DNA of 64,000 nucleotides from Synergistales bacterium (GCA_963666205.1 OY762654.1:2560001-2624000), one strand, 5' to 3'. Shown: positions 42,692 to 53,424, counted from the first letter of the stretch. The notes: generated from the sequence alone by a model not told the origin. Numbers and translations: made by a program.

Positions 42692-43902
42692 AGTTGGGCC
42701 TCCTTAACTGCATTAATAGTATTGATGACTCTAATGTTTTTCTCAATGTCATGTACTCTGATGATCTGAACATCCTGAAATGCACAAAGAGCAGATATGG
42801 CTAGAGTACCTTCGAGACGGTCTTCAGGGTCCGTCTGATGGTTAATCGTACCGAGGAAACTCTTTCTGGAATGGCCGATCATGATAGGAAAGCCCAACCC
42901 TTTTAGAGCTGTGAGATGCTTGAGTATAAGCAGATTATCACTCATTCTCTTTCCAAAGCCTATTCCCGGATCAAGGATAATACTGTTTGGATCTATTCCC
43001 GACCTGAGTGAAAAATCTATTCTTTCACGGAAATGATCTGTTAACTCACCAATGATGTCTTCATAGAATGGGTTGTCCTGCATATCTGCCGGAGTTCCCT
43101 TAACATGGTTGATGATTATGGCGGCTCCAGAAGTGGCTATAACTTCAGCCATTGCAGAATCATAGGTCATACCTGATATGTCATTAATTATATGCGCGCC
43201 CTCCAGAACAGCTTCTCTGGCTACCTCTGATTTGTAGGTATCTACTGAAAGGATGGTGTTGGGAAGACTTTCGCGCAATATCCTTATCGCCGGAATGATC
43301 CGTTCCATCTCCTTGTCCAGACTGATCTTTTCAGCGCCAGGCCTTGTCGATTCTGCACCGATGTCCAGTATTAAAGCACCATTGTTGACCAGGCCTATCG
43401 CCCTATTTCTTAGTTCTGTGTCTGAACCTATTCTGCTTGCTGGATAGAATGAATCTTCAGTTAAATTCATTATTCCCATTATGATGGTTTTGTTTCCCAG
43501 AGCAAGGGATTCCCTTCCTGGAAGGGGGATAGTCCATTTTTGTATGAAAAAGGAACTTAGAAAATCATCAAGCTGAGCCTTGACCATCTCCAGACCCCAA
43601 TAGGGCATTTGTTCAAGTTTTGCAGAGAGCAGACCATACTGTTTTTCTGTTCCAAGCAGTATAACATCAGTCTTGTCAATCTGCCGGTCAATAGAATTTT
43701 TATGAACTATAACATCGCCATCTCTTGAAAGCATTTCCTGTTTAAGGACATTTGCTGCTCGTGTGTCAACATCAGAAATGAACAGAGATAATATTTCCTT
43801 CTTGGAGTTAAAGAATGGAATGCTTCGCGGGTCGGCCCCGATTTTCATTACTGCCTGGGCCAGTTCCTGCGGAGTCGTGATTTTATATAGATATGAGGGC
43901 AT
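42688..43902 (-). CDS. folP: Dihydropteroate synthase with N-terminal extension
   Basis: GIMNLTEDSF, DIGAESTRPG, DPGIGFGK, SRKSF and RVHD motifs. Confidence 0.93.
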   Translation of the reverse strand: MPSYLYKITTPQELAQAVMKIGADPRSIPFFNSKKEILSLFISDVDTRAANVLKQEMLSRDGDVIVHKNSIDRQIDKTDVILLGTEKQYGLLSAKLEQMPYWGLEMVKAQLDDFLSSFFIQKWTIPLPGRESLALGNKTIIMGIMNLTEDSFYPASRIGSDTELRNRAIGLVNNGALILDIGAESTRPGAEKISLDKEMERIIPAIRILRESLPNTILSVDTYKSEVAREAVLEGAHIINDISGMTYDSAMAEVIATSGAAIIINHVKGTPADMQDNPFYEDIIGELTDHFRERIDFSLRSGIDPNSIILDPGIGFGKRMSDNLLILKHLTALKGLGFPIMIGHSRKSFLGTINHQTDPEDRLEGTLAISALCAFQDVQIIRVHDIEKNIRVINTINAVKEAQL

Positions 43903-44022
43903 GAGAACTACCTCCGTGAAAAGGTTGTAGGACCAGAAGAATAATAAGCCCAACGATAGTGGGGGTCAAGAAATCAGGTCTTATAGTGTATTCAGCACAT
44001 ACCCATGCGCCATAGATAGAGA

Positions 44023-44673
44023 CTAGGTCCACTCTACATTCAGCTCTGAAAGATGTTTTGTCTCGTTAAGCCTGTACAGGCAGAAGCCTCTTTCCTTATG
44101 ATAGATCATTATGGAATAGGAAGCAGTATCAATATGGATTTTCCAGAAATATGGTTCCGGGATAGCAAGACTGGCTGCTATAAGAGGTTTCAGGGTGGTA
44201 CGGTGAGAAACCAGAACAATCGTTTTATGGGCATGGGTTTCGGCGATTCTGCATAGAGAATCAAAGGCCCTTTTCTGGACTGACTGGAAGGTTTCAGCTC
44301 CATCGAGACGGAGCTTTTCAGGATTAGTAAGCCATGTCTGCCAATCTTCGGGATACTCTCTGGATATTGTCGATTTTAGCCTACCTTCCCAATTGCCCAG
44401 GGAGATGTTATTTAAGCCTTCATCAGGTACTATTTTGAGGGAAAGCATTTCTGCCAGGGGAGTGGCTGTCTCAATGGCTCTTTTTAAAGGGCTGCTGTAG
44501 ATAAAATCCGGGATTAGTTCCTTCAGTTCTGAGGCCAGTTCAAGCGCCTGTTTACGTCCCCTTTCATTCAGTGGATAATCTTTCCTTCCTCTAAACCTGT
44601 TTTCAATATTTCCCTGGCATTCACCATGTCTGACCAGGATTATTCTTGTATGAGCAGGTACATTCACTCCCAT
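44023..44673 (-). CDS. Histidine phosphatase (phosphoglycerate mutase-like) family protein
   Basis: LVRHG, SSPLKRA and VSH motifs. Confidence 0.9.
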   Translation of the reverse strand: MGVNVPAHTRIILVRHGECQGNIENRFRGRKDYPLNERGRKQALELASELKELIPDFIYSSPLKRAIETATPLAEMLSLKIVPDEGLNNISLGNWEGRLKSTISREYPEDWQTWLTNPEKLRLDGAETFQSVQKRAFDSLCRIAETHAHKTIVLVSHRTTLKPLIAASLAIPEPYFWKIHIDTASYSIMIYHKERGFCLYRLNETKHLSELNVEWT

Positions 44674-44772
44674 GTTGGCCTCCTGAAAAGAGTATGTCTT
44701 TTGTGTTCCAGGTTTCAGTATATCAGTTTTTCCATCTGGTGCTAATTCTATGGCCGGTTTATCTGACCAGTC

Positions 44773-44801
44773 TTGACAATAAGCCCTGAGATTGTTAATC
44801 T
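44773..44801 (+). promoter_or_regulatory. Sigma70 promoter of the hrcA operon
   Basis: TTGACA-17 nt-TAATCT with extended TGn. Confidence 0.75.
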
Positions 44802-44819
44802 ACCATGGGATAAAAAGAA

Positions 44820-44846
44820 TTGGCACTCGATGTAAAAGAGTGCTAA
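44820..44846 (+). promoter_or_regulatory. CIRCE operator (HrcA site)
   Basis: TTGGCACTC-N9-GAGTGCTAA, one mismatch to TTAGCACTC-N9-GAGTGCTAA. Confidence 0.95.
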
Positions 44847-44867
44847 TAAGCCGAGGGAGTTTTGACC

Positions 44868-45878
44868 TTGCTTACTGAGAGACAGCTTGAGGTGGTCCTG
44901 GCGGTTGTATATGAATACATAGAATGCGGTGAACCTGCTGGTTCCAGAACTATTGCCAAAAAATACCTCAGAGGATGCAGTCCGGCTACGATAAGAAATG
45001 AAATGTCAGATCTGGAAGAAATGGGATATCTCTACCAGCCCCACACTTCTGCTGGCAGATTGCCTACTCCCATGGCTTATAGACTTTATGTAGATGCTAT
45101 AATGCAGCGAAGAAGGAACCCTCACCCGGGTGTTAATGGTTGGCTTGATGATATACGTGATCAGCGAAGGGATATGGAGTCTGTTCTGGCATATGCTTCC
45201 CAGCTTCTTGGAAAGGTAACCAGTTATGTGGGTGTAGCGGCAATTGCTCCCCTGGAAGACGTGGCTATCCACAGGATCGATTTCCTCCGGCTTGGAGGAG
45301 AAACTGTTCTTATGGTTATAGTGCTTAATGGGGGGCTGGTCCATTCCAGGACTATTCTACTCCCTGCAGATATTTCCCAGGACATGCTGGATAACATTTC
45401 AAGGAGTATAAATACAATTGCCTCTGGAAACCCATGGGGCCAGGTAAGGGAAGTAATATATTCATATCTTGTCCAGGAGCTTGAGCAGATCTTCCATTCC
45501 TGCAGGGAGGCCATCGATCAGATGGATCTTATCCTTTCGAGCAGAAAGTACAGATTGTTCACAGGTGGGGCAAGATATATCCTGGCTCTTCCTGATTTTC
45601 AGGATATGGGAAAACTTAAGGCCATATTGTCCCTGCTCGAGGAAGAAAAGAATCTGGCTGCAATTGTTGAAAAATGTTCACAGAAAGAAGGGGTCAGGGT
45701 GACCATCGGTGATGAGAACCCTGTGCCTGGTATTAGCTCCTGTTCAGTGGTTACCGTTGCCTCTTCGACAAAAGGACAAAGGGCAGTGCTTGGTCTGATC
45801 GGACCTATGAGGATGGATTATGAGCGTTCCATAGCCTTGTTGGAAACCATGCTGAAAGGGCTTTATGAAGATTTTTAA
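44868..45878 (+). CDS. hrcA: Heat-inducible transcription repressor
   Basis: LTERQ, SPATIRNEM, QPHTSAGR and GPMRMDY motifs. Confidence 0.95.
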   Translation: MLTERQLEVVLAVVYEYIECGEPAGSRTIAKKYLRGCSPATIRNEMSDLEEMGYLYQPHTSAGRLPTPMAYRLYVDAIMQRRRNPHPGVNGWLDDIRDQRRDMESVLAYASQLLGKVTSYVGVAAIAPLEDVAIHRIDFLRLGGETVLMVIVLNGGLVHSRTILLPADISQDMLDNISRSINTIASGNPWGQVREVIYSYLVQELEQIFHSCREAIDQMDLILSSRKYRLFTGGARYILALPDFQDMGKLKAILSLLEEEKNLAAIVEKCSQKEGVRVTIGDENPVPGISSCSVVTVASSTKGQRAVLGLIGPMRMDYERSIALLETMLKGLYEDF

Positions 45879-45890
45879 GGGGGTCCTTTA

Positions 45891-46541
45891 ATGAAAGATC
45901 CAAAGAATCACTTATCTGAAAAAGAAAATACAGAATCTCCTGTTTCCGAGGTGCATATGAAAAATTCTCAAATTGAGGGTTCCATTGAGGAACACCGGTC
46001 ATCTCACTCAAAAGCGCAGCTTCTGGCGGAACTTATCGAAAAGGATATAAAAATGGAAGAGCTTTTCTCTCAATTGGAAGGACTAGAAAAAGAAAAAGAA
46101 GAACTTAAAGAATGTGCAGCCCGATCTAAGGCGGACCTTTATAATTTCAGACAAAGGATCGAAAGGGAAAGGGCGCGGGAGAAAAAACTAGCCCTCGAAT
46201 CAAGTGTTCTGAAAATCCTTCCTGTTCTTGATAATCTTGATCGAGCGCTGAGTTTTCCGGAAGGGACTGATCCTGCATCAGTTCTTGAAGGAGTGGTTAT
46301 GGTCCAGAGACAATTCATAAATGTTCTTAATGCCATGGGAGTAAAGGATATACCTACAGTGGGGGAAGCTTTTTCTCCAGAGTATCATGAGGCTGTCGCA
46401 TTGAAGGAAGTTATCGATCCAGATCAGGATGGACTCATCGTGGAGGAATTCATGAAGGGATATATTATTGCCGATAAAGTAATCCGTCCAGCAAGGGTTC
46501 AGGTTGCAAAGTATGTACAGCCTGTTGAAAGTAGAGAATAA
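45891..46541 (+). CDS. grpE: Nucleotide exchange factor GrpE
   Basis: LPVLDNLDRA, FSPEYHEA and IRPARV motifs. Confidence 0.93.
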   Translation: MKDPKNHLSEKENTESPVSEVHMKNSQIEGSIEEHRSSHSKAQLLAELIEKDIKMEELFSQLEGLEKEKEELKECAARSKADLYNFRQRIERERAREKKLALESSVLKILPVLDNLDRALSFPEGTDPASVLEGVVMVQRQFINVLNAMGVKDIPTVGEAFSPEYHEAVALKEVIDPDQDGLIVEEFMKGYIIADKVIRPARVQVAKYVQPVESRE

Positions 46542-46603
46542 AAAAAGATCAGAAAGTAAGAATCTGGATTTTGAGATATATCACATAGAAGAGGTGAACT
46601 TTT

Positions 46604-48430
46604 ATGTCAAAAGTTGTAGGAATCGACCTGGGAACCACAAATAGTTGTATCGCAGTAAAAGAAGGGGATAACATTACTATTATTCCCAATGCCGAAGGTA
46701 GCAGAACTACCCCTTCGGTGGTAGCCTTTGCAAAAGATGGAGGAGAACGTCTTGTCGGGCAACTTGCGAAAAGGCAGGCTATCGTAAATTCAGACAGGAC
46801 CATTATGTCTATCAAGAGGGATATGGGAACGGACAGAAAAGTGGAGATTGATGATAAAAAATATACTCCACAGGAAATCTCCGCCATGATTCTCCAGAAA
46901 CTGAAGAGGGATGCTGAAGATTATCTTGGAGAACCCGTTACCAGGGCTGTCATAACAGTACCTGCATATTTCACTGATTCCCAGCGTCAGGCAACCAAGG
47001 ACGCCGGTACTATAGCAGGTCTTGAGGTTCTGCGGATCATCAATGAGCCGACTGCCGCATCTCTTGCCTATGGGGAGAATAAACAGGGAGAACACAAGAT
47101 ACTTGTTTTTGACCTTGGGGGAGGTACCTTTGATGTCTCCATTCTTGATGTAGGAGAAGGTGTCTTTGAAGTCCTTGCTACTGCTGGGAATAACCGTCTT
47201 GGCGGTGATGACTGGGATATGAAGGTTGTTGACTGGATTGTGGCTGAGTTTAAAAAGGCTGAGGGGGTGGATCTCAAGAATGATCGTATGGCTATGCAAC
47301 GCCTCAGAGAAGCTGCAGAAAAGGCAAAAATTGAGCTATCTTCCATGGCAGAAACAACCGTTTCTCTCCCATTTATAACTGCAACTAATACAGGACCGAA
47401 ACATCTCGAGCTAAATCTGAGCAGAGCTAAATTTGAAGAGCTGACGAGAGATCTACTTGAAAAGGTAATAGAACCTACCCGTCGTGCCCTTAAAGATTCA
47501 GGCCTTTCTCAGCAGGAAATAAACAAAGTTCTTCTTGTAGGCGGATCCACAAGAATGCCTGCAGTTCAGAAAAAGATAAAAGAGATAATTGGCCAGGACC
47601 CGACCAAGGGGATCAATCCGGATGAATGTGTCGCTTATGGTGCAGCTATCCAGGGGGCTATAATGACTGGAGAACATAAAGATATAGTTCTCGTTGATGT
47701 TACACCCCTTTCACTTGGCCTGGAAACCCTTGGAGGAGTATTTACCAAGGTAATAGAGCGCAATACGGCTATCCCGGTGTCCAAGAGCCAGATCTTTTCT
47801 ACTGCTGCAAACAATCAGCCAGCCGTGGATATAAAGGTTTTCCAGGGTGAGAGGGCAATGGCAAATGATAACGTTCTTCTTGGAAACTTTGTCCTTGACG
47901 GTATCCCTCCTGCACCCCGCGGAATACCCCAGATAGAAGTTACCTTCAATATCGATACTAATGGAATTCTCAACGTCAAGGCCAGGGACAAGGGGACGTC
48001 CAAAGAACAGCACATAACAATTCAGTCTTCCAACCTTTCCGAAGATGAAATAAACAAGATGAAACATGAATCAGAGATTCATGAGGAAGAGGACAAAAAA
48101 CGGAAAGAGACGGCTGAAGCGAGGAATGAAGCGGATACCCTTATATATAGTACCGAGAAGCTGATTTCCGATCTGAAAGAAAAGATCTCTGATAATGAGA
48201 AAGCTAAACTTAACGCAGAGATAGAAGAAGTCAGGACTGCCATGTCTTCTGACGATGTCCAGGCCATAAAGGCAGCATGCGAGAAACTGACAGGTAGTCT
48301 ACAGGAGTTCTCTTCAAGACTTTACAGCCAGGCTGGAACCGGTGAAAGTGAACAGGATACAACAGATACATCCGGAACTGAGCAGGAAGAAACGGTAGAC
48401 GCCGAGTTCAGTGACCAAGGGGAAGTTTAA
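46604..48430 (+). CDS. dnaK: Chaperone DnaK
   Basis: [19 protein letters not shown] and LVGGSTR motifs. Confidence 0.98.
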   Translation: MSKVVGIDLGTTNSCIAVKEGDNITIIPNAEGSRTTPSVVAFAKDGGERLVGQLAKRQAIVNSDRTIMSIKRDMGTDRKVEIDDKKYTPQEISAMILQKLKRDAEDYLGEPVTRAVITVPAYFTDSQRQATKDAGTIAGLEVLRIINEPTAASLAYGENKQGEHKILVFDLGGGTFDVSILDVGEGVFEVLATAGNNRLGGDDWDMKVVDWIVAEFKKAEGVDLKNDRMAMQRLREAAEKAKIELSSMAETTVSLPFITATNTGPKHLELNLSRAKFEELTRDLLEKVIEPTRRALKDSGLSQQEINKVLLVGGSTRMPAVQKKIKEIIGQDPTKGINPDECVAYGAAIQGAIMTGEHKDIVLVDVTPLSLGLETLGGVFTKVIERNTAIPVSKSQIFSTAANNQPAVDIKVFQGERAMANDNVLLGNFVLDGIPPAPRGIPQIEVTFNIDTNGILNVKARDKGTSKEQHITIQSSNLSEDEINKMKHESEIHEEEDKKRKETAEARNEADTLIYSTEKLISDLKEKISDNEKAKLNAEIEEVRTAMSSDDVQAIKAACEKLTGSLQEFSSRLYSQAGTGESEQDTTDTSGTEQEETVDAEFSDQGEV

Positions 48431-48443
48431 GAGGTGACCGCTG

Positions 48444-49577
48444 TTGACCCCTCCTGGAAATAATGATTATTACAAGATACTGGGTGTTTCGAGGGATGTT
48501 GATGCTGCTGAGATTAAGAAGGCCTATCGTAAACTGGTAAGACAGTATCATCCTGACGCGAATCCAGGGAATAAGGATGCGGAAGAACATTTTAAAAAAG
48601 TTAATGAGGCCTATGAAGTCTTGAGCGATTCTCAAAAGAGAGCCCAGTATGACCAGTTCGGTTACGTTGGAGATATGCCGGGAGGGAGCCCTTTTGAAGG
48701 TTTCAGCGGCGGAGTAGGGGATATCTTCGGAGATATTTTTGAGAATATTTTTGGTGGTACCGGAAGGAGAAGGACCGATCCCAATGCCCCTGTGAGAGGG
48801 GGGGATCTCGAGTCTGAACTTAGAATATCCCTTGAAGAGGCAGCAAAGGGTACCAGGAAGACCGTGGAAATACCAAGGTGGGAACCCTGTGACCGGTGCG
48901 GAGGAAATGGTTCAGAACCCGGTACTTCTCCGGAAACGTGTTCTACATGTGGAGGAACAGGTCAAGTTGAAACTCAACAGAGGACACCCTTCGGTCAGTT
49001 CGTTTCCATCAATTCCTGTCCGTACTGTAATGGGAAAGGCAAAGTTATCAAATCTCCATGTAAAACCTGTAAAGGTGAAGGGCGGGTAAGAAAAAAGCAT
49101 TCAGTAGAAGTATCCGTTCCAGTTGGAGTAGATATGGGTACAAGATTAAGGATATCTGGTGAAGGCCAGGCTGGTGTTAACGGCGGACCTCCTGGAGACC
49201 TCTATCTCGTGATGAACGTAATGGAAAACAAGATCTTTAAAAGGGATGGGGTGGATCTTCACAGGAAGCTGTCAATTGCGTTTCCTCAGGCAGCCCTTGG
49301 TTCAGAAGTGACGGTCTCAACTCTGATCGATGGTGAAAAAGATCTTGAGATACCTGCAGGAACGCAGCCGGGCAAGGTTATGAAACTTCGGGGCCTGGGC
49401 ATGCCATCTCTGCGAGGATCCCTTAGAGGTGATCTTTATATACATCTTACTGTGAAAGTTCCCAGCAAACTGACAGATAAGGAGAGGGCTCTCCTTGAAC
49501 AGCTTGCCGTGGAAATGGATGTAAAGGTCAAAGGAACAGGTGTTCTGGGGAAATTCAAAAGTCTTTTCGGTGCCTGA
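48444..49577 (+). CDS. dnaJ: Chaperone DnaJ
   Basis: HPD J-domain, G/F-rich region, four CxxCxGxG repeats. Confidence 0.97.
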   Translation: MTPPGNNDYYKILGVSRDVDAAEIKKAYRKLVRQYHPDANPGNKDAEEHFKKVNEAYEVLSDSQKRAQYDQFGYVGDMPGGSPFEGFSGGVGDIFGDIFENIFGGTGRRRTDPNAPVRGGDLESELRISLEEAAKGTRKTVEIPRWEPCDRCGGNGSEPGTSPETCSTCGGTGQVETQQRTPFGQFVSINSCPYCNGKGKVIKSPCKTCKGEGRVRKKHSVEVSVPVGVDMGTRLRISGEGQAGVNGGPPGDLYLVMNVMENKIFKRDGVDLHRKLSIAFPQAALGSEVTVSTLIDGEKDLEIPAGTQPGKVMKLRGLGMPSLRGSLRGDLYIHLTVKVPSKLTDKERALLEQLAVEMDVKVKGTGVLGKFKSLFGA

Positions 49578-49618
49578 TGTGCCAAAAGTCCCGTTTGATG
49601 TTAGACTGATTATTCAGA

Positions 49619-49646
49619 AGGGGAGGCTGATAAGCCTCCCCTGTTT
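49619..49646 (+). terminator. Terminator-like hairpin after dnaJ
   Basis: AGGGGAGGCT/AGCCTCCCCT stem followed by GTTT. Confidence 0.7.
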
Positions 49647-49688
49647 AAATTAGCTTGAGTCTGTAAAGTAGAACAGGGAGGGAACAGT

Positions 49689-50555
49689 ATGCCTGTATTG
49701 GATAGTTTCTGGTGGTACGTAACTATGGAGGGGGAGAAAGTTCCCGAAGAAGTGATGGCATCCCTTGCTGATCTGTCTGGCAGTATTGGCACTGAACAAC
49801 ATGATCAGGGAGAGAAGATAAGGATCAGAGCATACTACAGGAGTTCCCAGGACCTTGGTTTCTGGATGCAAAGGATTAAACAGACCCTTGATCCCTGGCC
49901 TGAAATATCAGTTGTTGATACGGGCAAAATAGAAAATCAGAAATGGCATACTGAATGGAAAGAGGCTTTTCCCCCTCTTGAGGTGGGAAAAACTTTCATC
50001 GTGATGGCTCCATGGCATAAGGGTAAAGAACCCGCTGGGAGAATTCCCTTGTATATTTATCCAGGTAGTGCTTTCGGGACAGGCTATCATGAGAGCACAC
50101 AGATAGTGCTTTCCCTGCTTGAAAGACATTTGCGTCGGGGAGATGTTGTTGCAGATATAGGAACAGGTTCAGCCATCCTTTCCATCGCTGCTTTGAAAAT
50201 GGGAGCATCTCATGTTTTTTCAAGGGATATCGATCCGGCTGTTAGCGAAGAAGTTTATAGAAACCTCAACCAGAATTCCATATCCCATGAGCTTGTCGAT
50301 TTTAAAACCGGGAACCTTTTGCAGGGTTTTGACCACAAGGTAGATCTTCTCCTTGCAAATATAGTCGTAGAACCCTTGAAGAGGATGATCCCGGATGTGA
50401 AAACTATTCTCACCGAAAAAGGTAGAGCAATCTTTTCCGGTCTGGTAACAAGGGAAAAAAATGATTTTATCCAGATTCTGGAGTCAAACGGCCTGCTGGT
50501 GACAGATGAAATAACCTGTTCTGACTGGTGGGGAGTTCTTGTTGAAATAGCCTAG
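49689..50555 (+). CDS. prmA: Ribosomal protein L11 methyltransferase
   Basis: PGSAFGTGYHEST, DIGTGSAIL and LANI motifs. Confidence 0.92.
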   Translation: MPVLDSFWWYVTMEGEKVPEEVMASLADLSGSIGTEQHDQGEKIRIRAYYRSSQDLGFWMQRIKQTLDPWPEISVVDTGKIENQKWHTEWKEAFPPLEVGKTFIVMAPWHKGKEPAGRIPLYIYPGSAFGTGYHESTQIVLSLLERHLRRGDVVADIGTGSAILSIAALKMGASHVFSRDIDPAVSEEVYRNLNQNSISHELVDFKTGNLLQGFDHKVDLLLANIVVEPLKRMIPDVKTILTEKGRAIFSGLVTREKNDFIQILESNGLLVTDEITCSDWWGVLVEIA

Positions 50556-50599
50556 GAACAGAGGCAACCCAAGATTCTGACAGACTGCTATCCTGGAGA

Positions 50600-51952
50600 G
50601 TGAATCGTTTGTATAGTTCTCTATGTGACAAAAAGATCTGGATCCATGCCCTCGGTTGCAGAACAAATCAATATGAGTCAGAGGCCCTCGCTTCGATGCT
50701 CTCCTTCAAAGGTGCAGAAATAAGTACAGATCCTTCGGGTGTAGATGCTGCAATTATACTTTCGTGTACAGTCACATCTGCAGCAGATAGAAAATGTAGA
50801 CAACTATCCAGGAAGGTCAAGCGTCTTTCCCCTGGTTGCACCCTTGTGGTATGTGGTTGCTGGGCTCAGCGAATAAGCGAAAGCGAATCCAGGTCTCTTG
50901 GTATAGATATCCTCGTTGGAAGCAGGAATAAATCATGTATTCCTGAAATGCTGGAACAATATCTCAAACATGAATCCAGACTGGGATACTCAATGGAACG
51001 TAGAGAGATAATGGAAAATGATCAGTGGGATCCGCTTTTTCTCGAAAAACCCTTACTTCATACGAGAGCATTTCTTAAAGTTCAGGATGGGTGTAATCAT
51101 TTCTGCAGTTACTGCATAATTCCCTATGTCAGAGGATATCCTGTCAGCAGGGACCCCGACGATATCATAAGTGAAGCCAGCCATGTTGTTTCCGCAGGAT
51201 GTCATGAGGTAGTGCTTACTGGTGTTCACCTCGGCCTTTACGAAAAATATGGTTCCATTTCCCTTGGTGATCTGGTAAAGAAACTTTCCTGCATATCCGG
51301 ACTATGGCGGATACGTTTTGGATCCCTTGAACCTTTCGCGCTTAGTGAAGAATTGCTTATAGCCCTTTCTGAAACCCCTGCATTCTGCCGACATCTCCAT
51401 CTTCCTCTACAGAGTGGTGATGATGATGTGTTATCCCGAATGAAAAGGGGATATACCAGAGAGGATTATCTCAGAATGATTGAAATGGTAAGATCCCATC
51501 TTGGAGAAGATGTCCATATAAGCACGGACATAATTGTTGGATTTCCAGGTGAAGATGATAAAGCTTTTCATAACACCATCGATCTGCTTGATAAAGCGGA
51601 TTTTGGAAAACTTCATGTTTTTCCCTTCTCTCCACGGGAAGGTACACCAGCATATGAAATGGTTCCTTCAGTTCCTTCTGAAGTTATCAGTAAACGGGTT
51701 CATGAGGTTTTGAAATCCGGAGAAAAAAGTCTTGCCAGGTACTGTAAAAGGTGGATAGGAAGGCCTGTTGAACTTCTTTTAGAGAAAAAAGAGGGTTCCT
51801 CTCTTGAGGGGCTTACACGGGAGTTCATAAGGGTTCAGGCTTTGGGCGATTCACAGGTAAATCATATTGTAAAAGTTATCCCCAGGTCCATTTTCCCAGG
51901 TGGGCTAAACGCTGATATTATAACTCCTTCAGGTAATGAAGATATTTCTTGA
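50600..51952 (+). CDS. mtaB: tRNA t6A37 methylthiotransferase
   Basis: LGCRTNQYE, TRAFLKVQDGCNHFCSYC and HVFPFSPREGT motifs. Confidence 0.88.
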   Translation: MNRLYSSLCDKKIWIHALGCRTNQYESEALASMLSFKGAEISTDPSGVDAAIILSCTVTSAADRKCRQLSRKVKRLSPGCTLVVCGCWAQRISESESRSLGIDILVGSRNKSCIPEMLEQYLKHESRLGYSMERREIMENDQWDPLFLEKPLLHTRAFLKVQDGCNHFCSYCIIPYVRGYPVSRDPDDIISEASHVVSAGCHEVVLTGVHLGLYEKYGSISLGDLVKKLSCISGLWRIRFGSLEPFALSEELLIALSETPAFCRHLHLPLQSGDDDVLSRMKRGYTREDYLRMIEMVRSHLGEDVHISTDIIVGFPGEDDKAFHNTIDLLDKADFGKLHVFPFSPREGTPAYEMVPSVPSEVISKRVHEVLKSGEKSLARYCKRWIGRPVELLLEKKEGSSLEGLTREFIRVQALGDSQVNHIVKVIPRSIFPGGLNADIITPSGNEDIS

Positions 51953-52311
51953 GAAAGAAACAGATATAGGTCGAACTGTATGTCTTTTGGTCATTCAGAA
52001 GTTTTGGAAGCAAGGTCTTTTCGATGGTGAAATTGCCGATTCCGGAAGTTATCTTCAAATCAGTCATATTTTTAGTTCAGGAAACACAGACCGGATTATA
52101 TTAATCGAGGTATGAGTAAAAAGTTAAAGGACAGGTTCTGTAAAATAATGAATATACTCTACGATGGATCTCAATTTATCGATAAATAATCAAGAACTGC
52201 GAATCCTTGATCATGAAATATTATTGAGGAACAGGGATCCTGATCGGTGTATATATTCCCAATAATATGATAGGATTAAATTAAAATAAATAACAGGAAT
52301 TGATCGATGGC

Positions 52312-52653
52312 ATGAACAGAAAATGTATTTTTTGTGAGATAATCAAGGGCAATCAGAAGGCAGACATCGTGTGTGAGGATGAAGATATTCTCGTGATAAG
52401 GGATATTTCCCCTCAAGCTCCTATTCACCTTCTGGTAATTCCTAAAGAGCATATTCCTTCAGCGAGTCAAGTTGATGATCCCTATATCTGGGCAAAATTG
52501 ATGAATAATGCTACAATAGTCGCTCGTAATCTTGGCTTGGATGAGGATGGATACCGATTGGTTGTAAACTGCGGTTCCATGGCCTGCCAGACTGTACCAC
52601 ATCTGCATATACATCTTCTGGCAGGAAGGCAGTTCCATTGGCCCCCAGGTTAA
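52312..52653 (+). CDS. Histidine triad nucleotide-binding protein
   Basis: CIFC, HLHIH and C-terminal WPPG; start could also be TTG 52300. Confidence 0.92.
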   Translation: MNRKCIFCEIIKGNQKADIVCEDEDILVIRDISPQAPIHLLVIPKEHIPSASQVDDPYIWAKLMNNATIVARNLGLDEDGYRLVVNCGSMACQTVPHLHIHLLAGRQFHWPPG

Positions 52654-52689
52654 AGAGCGGTTTTTTCCCAATGAAAGGGGGGAACGTAT

Positions 52690-52872
52690 ATGACTACTGT
52701 CGTTCGCAGAGATAACGAGTCCCTTGAAGATGCATTGAAAAGATTTAAACGCGAAGTTTCTAAAGTTGGTACCCTTCGCGAGGCAAGGCGCAGGGAACAC
52801 TATGAAAAACCAAGCGAAGTAAAAAAACTGAAAAAAGCGGCTGCTAAAAGAAAGAAGAACAAGACCAGGTAG
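52690..52872 (+). CDS. rpsU: 30S ribosomal protein S21
   Basis: [12 protein letters not shown]...HYEKPS. Confidence 0.95.
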   Translation: MTTVVRRDNESLEDALKRFKREVSKVGTLREARRREHYEKPSEVKKLKKAAAKRKKNKTR

Positions 52873-52884
52873 GGGGTATAAAGC

Positions 52885-53346
52885 TTGTCTGACCTAGAGA
52901 AAAAAATTCAGTCAGATTTGGTAGAATCCATGAAAGCCAGGGATGAACTCCGTCTTTCAACCCTACGAATGTTAAAAGCCGAGATCCAGAAGGCGAAAAC
53001 AGCTAAGGGAAGTTCTCACGAGATTTCCGACGAAGATATCCTTGGGCTTGTCCAGCGATCGATCAAGCAACGCAGAGAAGCGGCAGACCAGTATCTTGCG
53101 GGAGGAGCCAGAGACAGGTCTGAAAGGGAACTGCAGGAAGTTGAGGTCCTTAATCAGTATCTCCCGGTACAGCTTTCGACTGAGGAAATTGATTCAATAA
53201 TCAGCAAGGCTGCTGATGCAGTCCGTCCCCAGGGACCTAAGGATATGGGTATTCTCATGGGAAAAGTGATGCCTATGGTAAAAGGTAAGGCTGATGGTAA
53301 CATGGTCCGTAAGAAAGTTTCTGACTTTCTCAACAAACTGCAATAA
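52885..53346 (+). CDS. GatB/YqeY domain protein
   Basis: MKARD...LRML, YLP and DMG..MG motifs; follows rpsU. Confidence 0.9.
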   Translation: MSDLEKKIQSDLVESMKARDELRLSTLRMLKAEIQKAKTAKGSSHEISDEDILGLVQRSIKQRREAADQYLAGGARDRSERELQEVEVLNQYLPVQLSTEEIDSIISKAADAVRPQGPKDMGILMGKVMPMVKGKADGNMVRKKVSDFLNKLQ

Positions 53347-53358
53347 GTACAAACCTTC

Positions 53359-53384
53359 AAGGCCGGGAATTCTCCCGGCCTTTT
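53359..53384 (+). terminator. Intrinsic terminator
   Basis: AAGGCCGGGA/TCCCGGCCTT stem followed by Ts. Confidence 0.85.
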
Positions 53385-53424
53385 CCTTTATCTTTTCAGC
53401 CTTTTGATTCGATTTGTTTTATAC

